From assembly GCA_030390025.1 (NCBI GenBank), contig CM059432.1, positions 15,192,001 through 15,256,000 of the forward strand: a DNA stretch of 64,000 nt, given 5' to 3'. The stretch's first letter is position 1; every line of letters begins with the position of its first letter. Below, piece after piece: positions 61,271 through 64,000 of the stretch. This DNA is from Squalus acanthias. Lineage: Eukaryota. The position numbers and the translations under genes were made by a program. Below the pieces are notes generated by a model. The model had not been told where the DNA came from. It searched no databases and worked only from the letters and a program-made list of their open reading frames with translations.

Positions 61271-62646
61271 TTTTATCTTTCGAGGAGAGATAGGTGTAAA
61301 TCTGAACACTCTCCCACATTCAGTGTCGCCCTCGCTTCCTAGCTACTTTGTCAAAGGTTGCAGGCGAGCGCAGGGTTGATTTGTGGAAATGATCCGTCTG
61401 GAGCGTTTCCTTTTTTCAGTACGATTCTAATCTTTCTTGGCTGGGGGGGTGGGGGGGGGGGGAGGGGAAACGGTTGCTAACCAGACTATTTCCCTCGGGT
61501 GACCTTGATGAGAGGTGAGCCAGGCCCTTTAAACTGAACATCTGCCGCAGAGCGTGCCTGTGCTGAGCAGCCTCCTGTTAACGGGCAGCCGCGAGCCTCA
61601 CAAGATGTGCCCTGCTGATCGCGCTCCTCCCTCCGCTGTGCGGGAAGCTTGTCAATCTCTAGAAGCAAAAGCTGCTGGGCCGCTGATGAATGGGATCGGC
61701 CTTCAGTGGTGGCGAGCTGCCAGATTAATCTGGCCACTTCCCATCAAGTTTTTAATCAGAGTCTTAAACGAACAGGGTTGGCCAGAGTACCGTATGCAAC
61801 AAGGCTTCTTGATAAATGCTAACTTTTCTTTTTAAGATAAATGTTTAGCAGACAAGTCCGTGCAAGCAAGTCTGACCGCCCCCCCACCCCTGCCTCCCCC
61901 GAACAGACAAGAACGACTAACAGAAGAACCTTGGTTACTAAGAAACCGAACTGTTCCAAACACAATTAGCTGCCTTCTATCAATACAGGGGAAAAAGGCA
62001 ACCTGGTATATAATTTACACGGTCCTGTTCTGCTAGAACATGATTGCTGAATAGCTTTTGCATTGCAATTACCGCACACTTGACGAAACAATCGATTGCT
62101 TGCAAATGTAAATAATATTGAACTTATTACTGGATTTATTTTATGGCTGGCAACAGAAACTTCTTTTGTCTGTCAGAGAGTGCATCTTACTTTGTTGTAT
62201 TAATATTACCTGCGATTACATTTTTGTTGAATCACTGCAGTTATTCAGAAGCTTTTATCCAGCCTCTCAATCTGGTTGGGGTGAAATTATGTTTTGAAGT
62301 GCACTTTTGTTACTTCTTAAGGTCTTTATTGAACTGAGGCGGTATTGTCTGCTTCGATTTCACTACCTGGCTCGCTTCTGCAGGCTCGGTTTCTGCTTAC
62401 TCCGCTGGGACACATCACTCTGGCGGTAGCGCGCATCCGTTCTCGCTGGTTCCCATCCTGCTCTGGACGCTGCCGCAAGGTTTCTGCTTCGCTGCTTCCC
62501 ATGGCCGCTGACTGATGTGCTTCACTTGCCCACCGGAGCTCCTCCATTACCTTTCGTTGGACTCCAACTGGCCTGGGCAAGGCCCCTGGCACAAGAGGGC
62601 GTGGGGTTGGGGGGCTGGGGGGGAGGGTGTGGCTGTGGCTGGGGAA

Positions 62647-62846
62647 TAGGGTTGCCAACCTTCCAGGGATTGTCCTGGAGTCGTCAGGAATTAAAGATTA
62701 ATCTCCTGGGCGCTGCTGCAAGCAACACTTTCCATTATTAGTTATATTAAAAAAATAGTGAAGATTGGGGAAAAAGGGCTGCTTGGAGGCAGGAGATCAC
62801 GTGATTAAACTTCCAGGAATACATCCAACCAGAGTTGGCGACCCTA
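62647..62846. mobile_element. hAT-type MITE, second copy (200 bp)
   Basis: TIRs TAGGGTTGCCAAC / GTTGGCGACCCTA; interior similar to 38413-38669; TSD degenerate (ctggggaa / atgggaag). Confidence 0.8.
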
Positions 62847-64000
62847 ATGGGAAGGGGAGTCCCAGGTCAGGAGTTTCCTTGTTTCCTGGCTGGTGGAAGA
62901 ACAGCGGGCTCGTACTCCAAGTGAGAGCAGGCCTGACAATTGGCCTTCTGGTAGAAGCGACGGCCCAGCTGGGAGTCAAGGTCTGGGTGCCGAAGATTGC
63001 TAACATTTTCTGACTACATTTTGTTCCCCATATTAACTTTTTTCCCCAGGGCAGACGGGAAGGGACATCTATTATTAAAATTAAGTGGCCTCCCCGACCT
63101 AGCAAACTTTGGCAGGACGGGTGCTGAAGGTGGGTGCCTCCCAGCACTTGTGTCAGGGTGTCAGGCCCAATGATTTTCAAGCTCTGCCTGTTTTTATTAC
63201 AGGCCAGTTGGGGTCTTTATGGTTCAGGACCAGGCGCTGCCTTTACTCCTGGAACAAAGTGACCATTTTAATGGCGAGAACCAGCCATGCCAATGAAAAA
63301 AAGCAAATCACTGATGACCTGTACTTTGTCATTCAGGTGCAGTGTTGCCAAGCCAAAGTGTTTTGCAAGACACTTCTTTCTTTGGAAGCAGAAGAGGATG
63401 CAATGACGTCAGGGGTAATTTTCAACTTGCTGCCCAGATGTAACACTGGCATTGCGGATTGGCTACCAGTTATAGAAACCGCCCGATTTGCATTCACATG
63501 GGAAATTATAATCGCGCTGCTTCTAAAACGGGCGGCAGATCTGGAACGCCAGATGTTACGCCCAGGCAGTGCGTTGATAATCTGCCACAAAAACGGGAAC
63601 TTTCTATGGCCCCTGTGACAATATATGACAGCATTGCAACAGAGGTTCCAGAGCCAGATGGTTTCGGCCTGTTCCTGTTAGGGAGCCAGCCTGAAAAGTA
63701 TTTCAGCGAGGCTACAGCACCTCCTTAAAATTTGAGAGCCACAACTAAACAACAAGCGGTTAGGAACCCCATTAACCTCCTTTGTCATTATTAATTGTGA
63801 AGCACAAGAATAGCTCTCCTAGGATCCAAAGGGTTGTCAGCCTGTGAGATAACACTTTAACATATCTACTTGACCTTTCCTTGGTGTAGGGTCCACAGGG
63901 AATCTTGTCAATGCCTGGCAATTAATCTTCAGTCACAAAGTGGCTCCCGACCATTTTAATGGAGCATTAAGGACATATTGAACTATACATTTAATCGTGT

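Noticed and set aside
61443..61467. Poly-G tract / potential G-quadruplex
   Set aside because: Simple homopolymer, common and error-prone in assemblies; no supporting context.
63109..63728. Overlapping ORFs up to 169 aa
   Set aside because: No domain; they overlap probable degenerate MITE sequence (ggggtaattttc at about 63412).

Overview
Vertebrate genomic DNA, most likely a cartilaginous fish (inferred from the DeuSINE/SacSINE1-like and V-SINE/HE1-like SINEs and CR1/L2 dominance). I can find only one host exon: a 272-bp minus-strand MAM-domain exon (18679-18950) of a type IIB receptor tyrosine phosphatase, best matching PTPRM. The rest appears to be its two flanking introns, packed with CR1, L2 and other non-LTR retrotransposons, SINEs, PIF/Harbinger-type and hAT-type non-autonomous DNA transposons. 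The most notable signal, invisible in the ORF track, is a set of Penelope-like element (PLE) derivatives carrying minimal hammerhead ribozyme motifs from two families. They include a GIY-YIG endonuclease remnant with a 12-bp TSD and a 207-bp mini-element built from an 82-bp inverted repeat with an intact hammerhead core on each strand. Coordinates of repeats are read by eye; ends without a TSD are approximate. No database searches were run.
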